From the NCBI GenBank assembly GCA_024275075.1, contig JAJRZU010000066.1, positions 1 to 51,135 of the forward strand: a stretch of 51,135 nt of DNA, given 5' to 3'. The position numbers were made by a program, and so were the translations under genes. Positions 18,901-27,401 of this stretch are shown here, piece after piece. The stretch is from Deltaproteobacteria bacterium (lineage in GTDB: Bacteria; Desulfobacterota; JAJRXV01). Every line of letters begins with the position of its first letter. The stretch's first letter is position 1. The notes under the pieces were generated by a model, which saw nothing but the letters and a program-made list of their open reading frames with translations, did no database searches and was not told where the DNA came from.

Positions 18901-19994
18901 CCCCGTTGACGTCACCTTCAGCATATGCGGAGGCCGCTCCAATGGGTACGGCAGGCGCCCAGAGTATTGGAATGACCGTATGGGGTAATATCAGGTCTGA
19001 TTCTACCGGTACGTATGAGACTGGTGAATGGTGTAGAAGTTGCCACGACCTGAACGGTCCGCCTTCCGCGGCGTCAACCAACCTTAATGGTAACGCCGTA
19101 GCGCCGCCGAACATAGAGTCTGATTCCTCCGGCGCCGCACGCTTCACTACGACGGGTCATGGCGCTCAATCAGGAGCTAACTTACCGCGGGTCGCACCTA
19201 ACCCGGCTACGAATAATGGTAGAGCGGCATGTACAGGCTGTCACAACTATCACGGTAGCGACAACGTTCGCATGATCCAGAGAGCCGCGTGGAACGGTAG
19301 CGCATGGCAGAAGTGGAACGGTGTAAATGTGCCAGAGCCGCTGGACACATCTGCGGCGGATTATGTGTACAACGGTAATTCCACTACTATATCGAGCGTT
19401 GAACTGTTCTGTCTGGAATCGTGTCATGTTGTTGATTCATTCTCAGCTCTGCCGCCGGAACCATCATTGGACTTTAGTGATGTAATCACGGCAAGAGGCG
19501 GCGCAACGACGAAAAGAGCCCACTATGTATTTGACTACGTAGGCGGTAACCTTGGCGCTGATTATGATGCGCACAATGACACCAATTTCTACTTCAGCGG
19601 TAAAGCGGTAGGGTTCGTGCTCGGCGGTACTGCGGGAACTCCGTGGAACGATCTTGATACCTCAGATGGCAATCCTGCCACTCAGAACCATACGTACATC
19701 AATGACAGCTCTAAGGGTGAGAGCGCGAAGTTTACGACTGTTATCACCTCGACACCTTCGCCAGGTACTATCAACAGCATATTCAAGGCTATTTGGTATA
19801 ACGATGGACTGAACAAGGGTAGGGCGATATGTGTGACATGTCATGATCCACACGGTTCTAATGTTGATGCTACATGGGGACTACCAAACAAGAGTCCTTC
19901 CAGTACGGATGATAACATGCTCAGAGGCGCATGGATCAATGGTACGGCATGGGGAGCTGATGCTGACGAGCCATGTGATTCATGTCATAAGTAA
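15945..19994 (+). CDS. multihaem c-type cytochrome C (18 CxxCH plus variants); probably the continuation of 9612..15872
   Basis: Same frame as 9612 (offset 6333 = 3 x 2111). The 24 codons 15873..15944 are open and encode GYTVVCGDCHSATNPASQPHQTHAV, a 19th CxxCH. No RBS precedes GTG 15945 and the ORF has no signal peptide of its own. Confidence 0.85.
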   Translation: MTYGFLCQDCHNGRGRTAAATTAYHVNGYVELNISKTLGAATVTGTFSSTYSVAAGTTNDNLPGDYARAGWCDNVYCHSNGVEIKGMAATYQTVDWNDFGTLTCSSCHGTGGTSAHGEPDYASGGAGSASANSHEAHIGKAGLNNDRLELHCSDCHSATVVAGSDYISAPTINAPNGGTHVNGVVDVSSASFTLSYNVNGQKKCYSSCHGTYNTTTEIACAPQWGGGSKSGGYGSCQMCHDVNSCDPEDVVRPKAPTDQKPAGTAHANKIDFAQYTGAGATGHGLDSASTYAGGINAGAGLIWTAGTLYDPFDVGTADVGCLSTSGNMATPGDGCHSYLLQSGTRDWDKYKSHYTAKPAATHSGDDFFLGSSFQSNIDALCEYCHDGVTAPGLSGGNFSHTKGTTGSALTWPYVPKCVDCHDPHGDGNDYMIKYAVSRDYGSLANGNPALSDLSSPNLGSTQAEIDLMLPVTFNVDQVTGFDGGIGKAGDYYQANPTTNGNGICQVCHTQNLVYDNEAISGTATTTHQNWLDAALNSPFDTDAPVQDFLSPSGRRCSSCHKHFECDTEKGFPIPKPNPPCTPAPYCSDCHVWNPNGDTNHPLMTTQANGGLNGHPGFKDPTGQNDDIDDYTFGTTDFTNRAMIDGVQWTSGGHGTATSVSLPETSKGINAGPQHSCTPGTTSDGCHDSTVLHGDAGNPFRLLVYNAATGGAIINELCSNCHPPPTLAGVHKRHANGKTPMFEAGQCTDCHDPHGESARTDAGLTTVNDADLNAAMIQRELVWRDRWTAGAFGDPTDTNPVVVPADDKLEPVVRFYKAGGLNATAWDMKDYVTESSLNSGVCEACHTADTVGEPETQFFRRKNADGSTEASLPSFHKTANADYCTASCHTHVKGFEKPDLCSCLSCHAGVDRQFAPVDGSNVSSGPQQHDIVYNPPTSPPSTGSLDADCNTGGTVDCLKCHDLDTNGNHMDTTVYLKPIDSTKTGASPLTSPSAYAEAAPMGTAGAQSIGMTVWGNIRSDSTGTYETGEWCRSCHDLNGPPSAASTNLNGNAVAPPNIESDSSGAARFTTTGHGAQSGANLPRVAPNPATNNGRAACTGCHNYHGSDNVRMIQRAAWNGSAWQKWNGVNVPEPLDTSAADYVYNGNSTTISSVELFCLESCHVVDSFSALPPEPSLDFSDVITARGGATTKRAHYVFDYVGGNLGADYDAHNDTNFYFSGKAVGFVLGGTAGTPWNDLDTSDGNPATQNHTYINDSSKGESAKFTTVITSTPSPGTINSIFKAIWYNDGLNKGRAICVTCHDPHGSNVDATWGLPNKSPSSTDDNMLRGAWINGTAWGADADEPCDSCHK

Positions 19995-20040
19995 CAGTAG
20001 CATAGCGGAAATTAATGTCGATAGTTGACATTATCAAAAA

Positions 20041-20075
20041 GGGGTGAGAAAATTCTCGCCCCTTTTTATTTTTTT
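20041..20075 (+). terminator. rho-independent terminator
   Basis: ggggtgaga / tctcgcccc 9-bp stem (one G-U pair), loop aaat, then tttttatttttttc. Confidence 0.8.
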
Positions 20076-20245
20076 CTTGAAAAGTTATATTATTTAGTAT
20101 ATGATTTGAAAAATGCTGTATTATGAATATAAGAGGGTTTTATTTTTAGTAGCGATTTTGAAAGGAGGTACGTAAGTAGTTAGTATTATTGCTTGAATTG
20201 TTAGAATAAATATTGAAAAATATATATATATATTAGAAAGGAGAT

Positions 20246-20755
20246 ATGATGAGAAAAATTAGTTTTATTGTTATATTGGTTGTACTATCATTAATGACCG
20301 CGAGTTTCGTGTTTGCAGAAGGAGCGAAGGAAGGCGACGTGACGCCGAAAATAATCCTGAAGGATGTAAGGACTAACCAACCGACAAAGCTCAATGAAAT
20401 AATTAAGGGTAAAGTAACGGTGTTAGTATATATGCAGACATCCTGCGCCGCATGCAGGAAGGAGCTTGAAGCATTAAAGAACATGAAGGATTTTGTGCCA
20501 GAGCTAAATATAATAGCTGTTAGCGTTGATGCCGGCTGCACAAACAGGATTAAGAAGTACATCGACCATTATAAATTTGATTTTATGTTCTTACATGACC
20601 CAAGCTTTACAACTCCAGAGCTGTTTAATTTCTCTTTCACGCCTGCTACCGTCGTAATAGTAAAAGATGGCAAGATAATAGCGTTAAAAGGCGGATATAG
20701 AAAGGGAGACGAGAAAAAGATAATGGAAATTGTGCAGGATGCTTTAAAGAAATAA
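20246..20755 (+). CDS. TlpA/ResA-like thiol:disulfide oxidoreductase (thioredoxin fold, C-A-A-C)
   Basis: RBS aaaggaga. Signal or anchor SFIVILVVLSLMTASFVFA. Redoxin core KGKVTVLVYMQTSCAACRKELEALK...FTPATVVIVKDGKI. Confidence 0.75.
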   Translation: MMRKISFIVILVVLSLMTASFVFAEGAKEGDVTPKIILKDVRTNQPTKLNEIIKGKVTVLVYMQTSCAACRKELEALKNMKDFVPELNIIAVSVDAGCTNRIKKYIDHYKFDFMFLHDPSFTTPELFNFSFTPATVVIVKDGKIIALKGGYRKGDEKKIMEIVQDALKK

Positions 20756-20784
20756 TGATAATGACACATTACGTTTTATCTTAT

Positions 20785-20813
20785 AAGGGGCTTTCAACTT
20801 AGAGGAGCCCCTT
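20785..20813. terminator. hairpin between convergent genes (possible bidirectional terminator)
   Basis: aaggggct (20785-20792) pairs with agcccctt (20806-20813), 13-nt loop, weak T-tracts. It abuts the stop (20816..20818) of the extended TPR frame. Confidence 0.45.
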
Positions 20814-20944
20814 TATTATATCTTCTTTTTTAACTCTTTGACCTTATTTCTTATACTTTTATTCTTTGCGGCTTCTTTGTTATACTTCAAGTAAGATTCA
20901 TAACTTTTGAGCGCGCCCTCGTCATCATCGATCTTAAGGTAGAT

Positions 20945-22375
20945 TTAAGCTAAATTAAGGTAGTAGAATGAATAGAACCTCTTCTCATCCTGTGAGAGTA
21001 AAGAAAAGGTGTTTTCATATACTTCCTTCGCTTTCTCATATTTCTTGAGGTTATAATAGCAGTCAGCGACATAGAAATTAAGGTCATAAGCCTCAATTCC
21101 TAAGCTTATCAGCTTTAAGTATGCGTCTAAGGACTCCTGGAACTGCCCCTTCTTGTAATACAGATTAGCCATTGTAGTCAGTATCGGGATATCGTCACTA
21201 TGATTCTTATAAGCAAAGCTTAAAAACTTAAGTTTCAAGTCTTCATACTGGAGATGACTTAACAAGTCAACATAGGCTAAAACGTAGTATTTATCACGCT
21301 TAATAGCCTCCTCAAGATACCCGGAAGCTTCTTCATAATCACTTCTCTTTAAGCTTATTGTTGCAAGCTGGTAGTAAATAGCCGGGTCATCAGGGGTTAG
21401 GGTCAATATCTTGTTATAAATGCTCACCGCGTTATCATATTCAATGAAGAACAGATTCTTATCAGCTTCCTGCTTTAATAACCAGGCTTTCTTCGGCGCC
21501 TGCATGTGTGACGGTTCACTAAAAATGGTCTTTAAAATATTTGACAGGAACCTGAACTGCATAGAGATCTTCAAAGTCCTGTTAGCGTTTACAATAGTGA
21601 TATATTGAGAAATTAAAGGCACCTTCTGGAGCGCTAACAAGAAATTTACCACGATATCCTCAATGGGTGTCTTGACGTTATCAACGATAAAAGCTGGGAA
21701 ATATGAAAGGCTTATACTAATGATAACCGGGTCTCGCTGCTCTTGCAGGTCAGTGATATGAACGACCGTTACAGGTACGCCAAGCAATGTGCCTTCGAGT
21801 TTATTGTCTGAATAAGTAAATGAATCAATATCTTCTTTCGGATAATTAAAACCAGGGTTACTCCTAAGCTTCTCTTTAAAGAAATCCAGGTAATCCTCCT
21901 TGATGGATTCATAAACCGGCAGTACCCATATAATCTTCTTGATCAGGCCTAACCGGTGCGCGGCGTACAGATAATTATAAGGAGCATATAGCCGTTTAAA
22001 CTTCGTAGTTATACCGGTATAGGTCTCTAAAAGATCGTAATTATTATTCTGTATCAGCTGCTTGGCTTCTGCTATCTGAGCATCAGGGATACTTGATGTG
22101 ATCTCAAGGTTAGCGTCAACAAGTATAAGCGTTGCGTCTCTTATACCGTTTTTTGCCCAGAGTGCGATGTTATCAGAGCCTATTTCAACTATCTCAACGT
22201 TTCTGACCTTATCTATAAAAACCGCGGCTGGCTCTGGCGATGCTTTTGCGGGTTCTAAAGCTAAGTCAGATCGTATCTTAGTTGCTTTTGGCTCTTTTGT
22301 CCTGGTATTGTAGTAATACAAAGACGCAAAAGCGATGATAATAATAAAAGTTATTGTTACGAATATTTTTTTCAT
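20945..22375 (-). CDS. membrane-anchored TPR-repeat protein; annotated stop TAA (20945..20947) is in frame with 42 further TPR-like codons down to 20816
   Basis: Likely start is ATG 22375 (MKKIFVTITFIIIIAFASLYYY, RBS ggtgga). TPR units include YYQLATISLKRSDYEEASGYLEEAIK, ANLYYKKGQFQESLDAYLKL and VADCYYNLKKYEKAKEVYENTF. After the TAA the frame continues IYLKIDDDEGALKSYESYLKYNKEAAKN... Confidence 0.75.
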   Translation of the reverse strand: MKKIFVTITFIIIIAFASLYYYNTRTKEPKATKIRSDLALEPAKASPEPAAVFIDKVRNVEIVEIGSDNIALWAKNGIRDATLILVDANLEITSSIPDAQIAEAKQLIQNNNYDLLETYTGITTKFKRLYAPYNYLYAAHRLGLIKKIIWVLPVYESIKEDYLDFFKEKLRSNPGFNYPKEDIDSFTYSDNKLEGTLLGVPVTVVHITDLQEQRDPVIISISLSYFPAFIVDNVKTPIEDIVVNFLLALQKVPLISQYITIVNANRTLKISMQFRFLSNILKTIFSEPSHMQAPKKAWLLKQEADKNLFFIEYDNAVSIYNKILTLTPDDPAIYYQLATISLKRSDYEEASGYLEEAIKRDKYYVLAYVDLLSHLQYEDLKLKFLSFAYKNHSDDIPILTTMANLYYKKGQFQESLDAYLKLISLGIEAYDLNFYVADCYYNLKKYEKAKEVYENTFSLLSQDEKRFYSFYYLNLA

Positions 22376-22894
22376 TTTTCCACCTGAAATTAAATTTAAC
22401 AGGCCAGCCTGTTTTTTATGGGGGTTAATTTCCCGCATCTTGTTACTATAAGATTAATCCAGATATGTGGGAGTAGTCCATTAATTTATGAAAAGCTATC
22501 AAAAAACGGTGAATAAATCAAGGAAATAAGTTTAATGAACTAAGTTAATGAACTTTCTCGCGGCAAGCTGACGAGAACCTGCCCTAACCCGCGGGGAATC
22601 AAGCCCATAGATAAAAACCGGTGCGCCTGTTCAGCAAGAATGAAAATAGTTTACAAAAGTCTTGAAACTTTTATTTTATATTTTAGTATTTAGGTATTAT
22701 AAAGTGATTAATAATTTTCTTGTTGATAAATTCATCTTAATACTTTATAAAAAGGGGGTTGCATCAAAATAACTGCGTTTTCTCAAGGAGGAGGCATGAT
22801 GCCTCAGTTATTAAGGGCTTGGTATAGAGGTTGTTAAGGTATAAATAAACTTAATGAGTTATTCTTGACTTATTTCATTAAAAGAGGAGGGCTT

Positions 22895-23764
22895 ATGATT
22901 GGCGGACTAAGAGGTGGAAAGAGGATTGTCATGTTCATCTTAGCGATGATGATGGTGATTCTATACAGTGCTACAGGGATTGCCCAAGATACACCAATAA
23001 ACGAGAAGGTTGTAACAGGTAAAGAGGAAAAACTCTCTGCCGAGACGAAGGATATAAAAGGGGTTGTTGTTGATATGCTTTCAGGGCAGCCTATTGAAGG
23101 CGCGAAAGTGTGTTTGCTCGGGGAGGAAACCACCACCGCTTATGACGGCAGATTTATTTTTAAAGACGTAAGCGTCTACCATTTTATTCAGATTACCGCG
23201 AGAATAACCACTGACTTAGATGTCATCATCGGTTGTTCATACTTCTCCGTCCCCGCGAATTATTACCCGGTAACAGCGTCAAAAGAGAATAAAATGGATG
23301 TAAAAATTGTCAATATGCTTGAAGATGCAGAAGTGGTTCTAAAGATCAACGATTATTCCATTGATGATATCGATAGGTTTTGCAGCGAATGTCATGAATC
23401 AAGCCCATGTTTGATTGAAGAAGAGTATGGGAAAGCTGTAACCAATAAGGTAAACCTTAAAGGGGTACTGGTCAAGCAGAGCAGGCTTGAGGAGTATATT
23501 GAAAAGATGCGCACCCAGAAGATTACATTTGAAAGGTATAAAAAAATAAGATACTTAGACAGTCATCCGCAGGGAATTGATATAACCGCTACTGACAGTT
23601 TCAGTGAGGGGCGGATTGCGCTGCCAGAAGGCTTGAAACTTAAGCAAAAGAAGATAATTACTTGCGATACATGTCATACGAGACACGTCCCGACAGAATT
23701 CGGACAGTTTGTCGTTATGGATTTCAACCAAAAGGAGTCTGTGTGCATTAAATGTCATAAATAA
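22895..23764 (+). CDS. small trihaem c-type cytochrome with N-terminal carboxypeptidase-regulatory-like beta-sandwich
   Basis: RBS aaagaggaggg precedes ATG 22895. Signal is IVMFILAMMMVILYSATGIAQ. GVVVDMLSGQPIEGAKVCLLGEETTTAYDGRFIFKDV resembles CarboxypepD_reg. Haem motifs are CSECH, CDTCH and CIKCH. Confidence 0.8.
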   Translation: MIGGLRGGKRIVMFILAMMMVILYSATGIAQDTPINEKVVTGKEEKLSAETKDIKGVVVDMLSGQPIEGAKVCLLGEETTTAYDGRFIFKDVSVYHFIQITARITTDLDVIIGCSYFSVPANYYPVTASKENKMDVKIVNMLEDAEVVLKINDYSIDDIDRFCSECHESSPCLIEEEYGKAVTNKVNLKGVLVKQSRLEEYIEKMRTQKITFERYKKIRYLDSHPQGIDITATDSFSEGRIALPEGLKLKQKKIITCDTCHTRHVPTEFGQFVVMDFNQKESVCIKCHK

Positions 23765-23772
23765 AAATTGTG

Positions 23773-23801
23773 TTGCATATATTTGACATTTCATATATAA
23801 T
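23773..23801 (+). promoter_or_regulatory. sigma70-like promoter
   Basis: TTGCAT (23773-23778), 17 nt, TATAAT (23796-23801). If used, it excludes the TTG 23802 start of the downstream ORF. Confidence 0.4.
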
Positions 23802-23843
23802 TTGCAATCAGTGAGTAAAATACATTTTTTAGAAGGCGATAAA

Positions 23844-26800
23844 TTGACAAAAAAAGTAATCGACCCCTTTTTGCTGATTTTAGTATTCTTTATCTTGCTG
23901 TTATCATTAAGCATTTCCCCGTCACCGCTAATTGAAAGAAGTTATGCCGCATGGTTCTTTTTTAAGAAGGATGAACCCAAAGAAGCGGGTTTTGTCAGAA
24001 TATGGTTACCGACAAGGATTCTAAACAAGCTGGGGTCTCTTAAATCCGGTAGCAACACTAAGCAAGTGGAGAGAGAGATTGAGCAGATCAATAAGGAATT
24101 GGAAGTCCAGGTGATCCCCGTGGGAACAAAAGTCCAAATATTTTTCTATTACAAAGACAGGCCTCAAGTGAAGCATAAGCTGATTGCGAACAAGCTCTCA
24201 CTGTACAGGCTTGCACTGTCGAAACCAGATGAGAATTTTGGTCCTATAATCGATGATATCGCCGCAGTGAATGAGAAAATAGATTTCCTGGAGTTTGACA
24301 GGGAGGATGATAATATCTTCTTCCAGTGGCCGGTAGAAAAGGATGAGGCGGCGCAAGAACCGTCAACGCTGCAAGTGGTGACTGAAGATGAAGATGCCCG
24401 GCCAGAAGCGCCGGCAGTTGTGACGATACCAGTACCCGTACCGGTTGCCATGTCCGCGCCCGCGCCCGCGGTGGAGCTACCGGAGCCCTCTTCAAAGGCC
24501 ACGCAGCTATATATCAAAGAGCATGAGAAGACACAGCGGCTTCAAGAGAGAAATGATCAGATAGTAAAAGAATTTAGGTTAGTTGAGAAGAAGTACTTAA
24601 ATGAGATAGATTCCTTGAAGGAATTGAATGATAAGTTATTAGATGATGTTGAGAATATGAAAGAGTCATATAATGAGTTATCAGAGAAAAATGCAAAGTA
24701 TTTAAAAGATAATAAGGACCTAGAGCGGCGTTATAACGACTTAAAGGCGACAAAGAGTAGTGAGAGTAAAGATTTTTACAAGATAGAGAAGACGTATGAA
24801 AAGCATTTGAAAAGGATTGATGATGAGAAGAGGGCGCTGGTTTTAGACCTTGATACCGCAGAGCTGAAAATCAAGGAATTGTCTAAGAAAAATAATGACT
24901 TGCAAAGCAAAGAGAAGTTCTTGGAAGGGTTGCTCAAAGAGGAGAAACACAAAGCTGAGAAGAAAATAAAGAAGGCGCTTAAAGAATACGATCTGGAGAT
25001 AAAGGCTCTTAAGAAGAAAAATAAAAAGATAAGAAAAGAATATGATGAATTTGTTAAAGGAAGCAAAAAGGGAGAATCTGACAAGATAGCTTCTTTGACC
25101 GATCAAATTCAGGCGTTAAATAAGAAGAACGACAAGTTGGCTACTGAATATGAACAGTATAAGAAAGACACCGAAGCGGAATTAAGCGAAAAGGTGAGTG
25201 AACTTACTTTACAGATCAACACTGTTAAGAGCAAAAACGAGAACCTTGTAGAGGAACTTGCCCGGAAGGAGGCTGAATATTCTAAGGAAGAGTCAATATA
25301 CAAGAAAAAGGTTAAAAAGCTCCAGGGCAAGCTTGAGAAAGTCAGGGAGGATCTCGCCGCATTACAGGAAGAGCAAAAGAGTAGCCAAACTTCCGCTGTC
25401 GCCTTGGATGAAGGCATAAAAGGTGAATTAGAAGGGTTGAAAGAGAAAGCTGCTGAATATATGGAGGAGGCTGAGCGGCTCAGGGATGAGAAGGATGCTT
25501 TAAAGAGCAAGCTTGATTCAGCGCTGCAAGAGAATGATAAAGTAACAAAGGCTTTAGAGTTATATAAAAAGGACGCGTCTTCGGCTGGATCCAACGAGAT
25601 AGCGACTTTAAAAGAGGAGCTAAAGAAAGCTAAGGCGGATATGGCAGAGCTGAAGAGTGAGTATGGCTCTTATAAAGAGGATGCGGCTAAGCATCAGTCT
25701 GAGATTGAGGCGGTGCTTGAGAGGGAGAAAAAGGCGCGGGAGGAATTAGAGGAGAAGCTGTCAAGTGTATCTGAAGAGAAGAAGAAACTGCAAAAAGAGG
25801 CGATGAGCATCCAGAAGGATAAGGATGACATTCTCATAAAGTACCAGAAAAAGGAAGAGGAGCTGCAACGTAAGTTAGAGCAGGCTTCAAAGGAAGATAA
25901 AGTAGCGCTTCAAAAGGAATATGACAGTCATGTCAAAGAGAAAGAGAAATTGTTGTATGAGTTAAGGGAAAAGGAGAAGAAGTACCAGGAGGCTGTCGCG
26001 CAGTTGGAGCTTGACCTTAATGCTCAGCTGGATAAAGAGCGTTTTGCGCGTATGGAAGCTGAAGAGGAGATAAAAAAATTAAAAGAGAGGCGTGAGAGCG
26101 CTGAAAAATGCAGTATCGATATCGAGAAGGAGAAGAAGAAGATCATCGAGGAGATGCGGCGTGAAGCAGAGCAGCAAAGGCAGATACTGGAATTGGCGAA
26201 TGAAGAAGAGAAAAAAGAATTAAAAGCGAAATTCAAAAAGCTTCAGCTTGAAAAGGAGAAAGCTTTGGGGGAACTTCGCGCCAAAGGCGGTGGTAAGGTC
26301 TTTGATGAAGGCAGAATTGAGAGTGAGTTAAGAGCCAAGCTTGAAATAGAGATGAGGAAAAAGCTTGAGAATATGATAAAGGAAGAACTTGCCAAGGGGA
26401 TGAGCGGAACAGGTGCGCAACCCAGGGTAGCGGTAAAGGCCGCCGCTGTCAGGAAGCCGCCTAAGAAAGCCGTAAAAGTTGTTGCCGCGACGCAGAAAGA
26501 GGAGGCAAGGGGTATCCCATACAGCGTTGAGTTCGAGAATTTTTACATAGAGAGCGGCCTTTGCTCAAACTGGATAACCGCGATATTTGAGGACGAGTTT
26601 GATGTCTGGGTCGGGACGAAGAACAGGGGCGTAGCAAGACTCATAAAGGGTGAGAACAATTGGATATGTTACTCAAGGTTAGATGGACTGGCCGGTGATG
26701 ACGTATCATCAATAGTCAAGTATGACAACTCGATATACATCGCGACAGACCTTGGGATAAGCAAGTTTGACGGGATCAACTGGCAGACGATAAACCGCTT

Positions 26801-27401
26801 TGAGAATGTTGTCTTGAACAATGCCTTGATGAGGGTGCATAACAATACATTATGGATCGCCGCGAGGACTATGTATGGCGGGCTGGTCACATTTGACGGC
26901 CAAAAATGGGAGAACAAGAGCCTCATAAGGCCAGGTGAACTGTTAAACAACATCTCCAGCTTTGAGTTCCAGGGTGACACCCTCTGGATCGGTACGACAA
27001 AAAACGGTGTCTACAGTTATGATGGTAAGGTCTGGGGGATGTTGACAGTATCTTCAGGGTTAGTCAGCAATTTCATATACTCAATCGCTGTCGACGGGGA
27101 TGATGTCTGGATCGGGTCTTGCTGCGGTGTCGTCAAATATAACACTACTATCTTCGCGATCACCATATTGGACAAGCAAAAAGGGTTGGCTCACGATTCT
27201 GTATATGCCATTGCCGTTGACGGCGATGCTATCTGGTTCTCCACAAAGGGCGGGATAAGCATGTATGATGGATATGAGTTCGTTAATTATACTAAGAACG
27301 ATAATATCGCCGACAACAGGGTGACCTCTTTATTTGTTCAGGACAAACATGTCTGGTTTGGCACTGTCGGTGGTTTGGTTAAAGCGGTTAAAGAATATTA
27401 A
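23844..27401 (+). CDS. membrane-anchored long coiled-coil protein with C-terminal Reg_prop-like beta-propeller
   Basis: The ORF is open from 23802; TTG 23844 (LTKKVIDPFLLILVFFILLLSLSIS) is the favoured start. About 600 aa are K/E/L-rich heptad-like sequence. The C-terminus has propeller blades: DVWVGTKNRGVARL, SIYIATDLGISKFDG, TLWIGTTKNGVYSYDG, DVWIGSCCGVVKYN, AIWFSTKGGISMYDG, HVWFGTVGGLVKA. Confidence 0.8.
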   Translation: MTKKVIDPFLLILVFFILLLSLSISPSPLIERSYAAWFFFKKDEPKEAGFVRIWLPTRILNKLGSLKSGSNTKQVEREIEQINKELEVQVIPVGTKVQIFFYYKDRPQVKHKLIANKLSLYRLALSKPDENFGPIIDDIAAVNEKIDFLEFDREDDNIFFQWPVEKDEAAQEPSTLQVVTEDEDARPEAPAVVTIPVPVPVAMSAPAPAVELPEPSSKATQLYIKEHEKTQRLQERNDQIVKEFRLVEKKYLNEIDSLKELNDKLLDDVENMKESYNELSEKNAKYLKDNKDLERRYNDLKATKSSESKDFYKIEKTYEKHLKRIDDEKRALVLDLDTAELKIKELSKKNNDLQSKEKFLEGLLKEEKHKAEKKIKKALKEYDLEIKALKKKNKKIRKEYDEFVKGSKKGESDKIASLTDQIQALNKKNDKLATEYEQYKKDTEAELSEKVSELTLQINTVKSKNENLVEELARKEAEYSKEESIYKKKVKKLQGKLEKVREDLAALQEEQKSSQTSAVALDEGIKGELEGLKEKAAEYMEEAERLRDEKDALKSKLDSALQENDKVTKALELYKKDASSAGSNEIATLKEELKKAKADMAELKSEYGSYKEDAAKHQSEIEAVLEREKKAREELEEKLSSVSEEKKKLQKEAMSIQKDKDDILIKYQKKEEELQRKLEQASKEDKVALQKEYDSHVKEKEKLLYELREKEKKYQEAVAQLELDLNAQLDKERFARMEAEEEIKKLKERRESAEKCSIDIEKEKKKIIEEMRREAEQQRQILELANEEEKKELKAKFKKLQLEKEKALGELRAKGGGKVFDEGRIESELRAKLEIEMRKKLENMIKEELAKGMSGTGAQPRVAVKAAAVRKPPKKAVKVVAATQKEEARGIPYSVEFENFYIESGLCSNWITAIFEDEFDVWVGTKNRGVARLIKGENNWICYSRLDGLAGDDVSSIVKYDNSIYIATDLGISKFDGINWQTINRFENVVLNNALMRVHNNTLWIAARTMYGGLVTFDGQKWENKSLIRPGELLNNISSFEFQGDTLWIGTTKNGVYSYDGKVWGMLTVSSGLVSNFIYSIAVDGDDVWIGSCCGVVKYNTTIFAITILDKQKGLAHDSVYAIAVDGDAIWFSTKGGISMYDGYEFVNYTKNDNIADNRVTSLFVQDKHVWFGTVGGLVKAVKEY

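Noticed and set aside
22556-22615. Hammerhead-ribozyme-like CUGACGAG core (22568-22575) flanked by cgcgg/ccgcg complementarity
   Set aside because: I could not build helices I-III. The expected GAAA and the cleavage-site context are missing (GAAU is present instead), and cccgcggg is a loop-less palindrome. This is most likely a chance match.
25109-25594. 161-aa Ser/Phe/Leu-rich minus-strand ORF. Others occur at 24776-25106, 26024-26236, 41650-42198 and 43543-44103.
   Set aside because: They are mirror frames of the Lys/Glu-rich coiled-coil gene (AAG/GAA read as CTT/TTC) and of the FG-GAP/beta-helix gene. No independent coding evidence exists.
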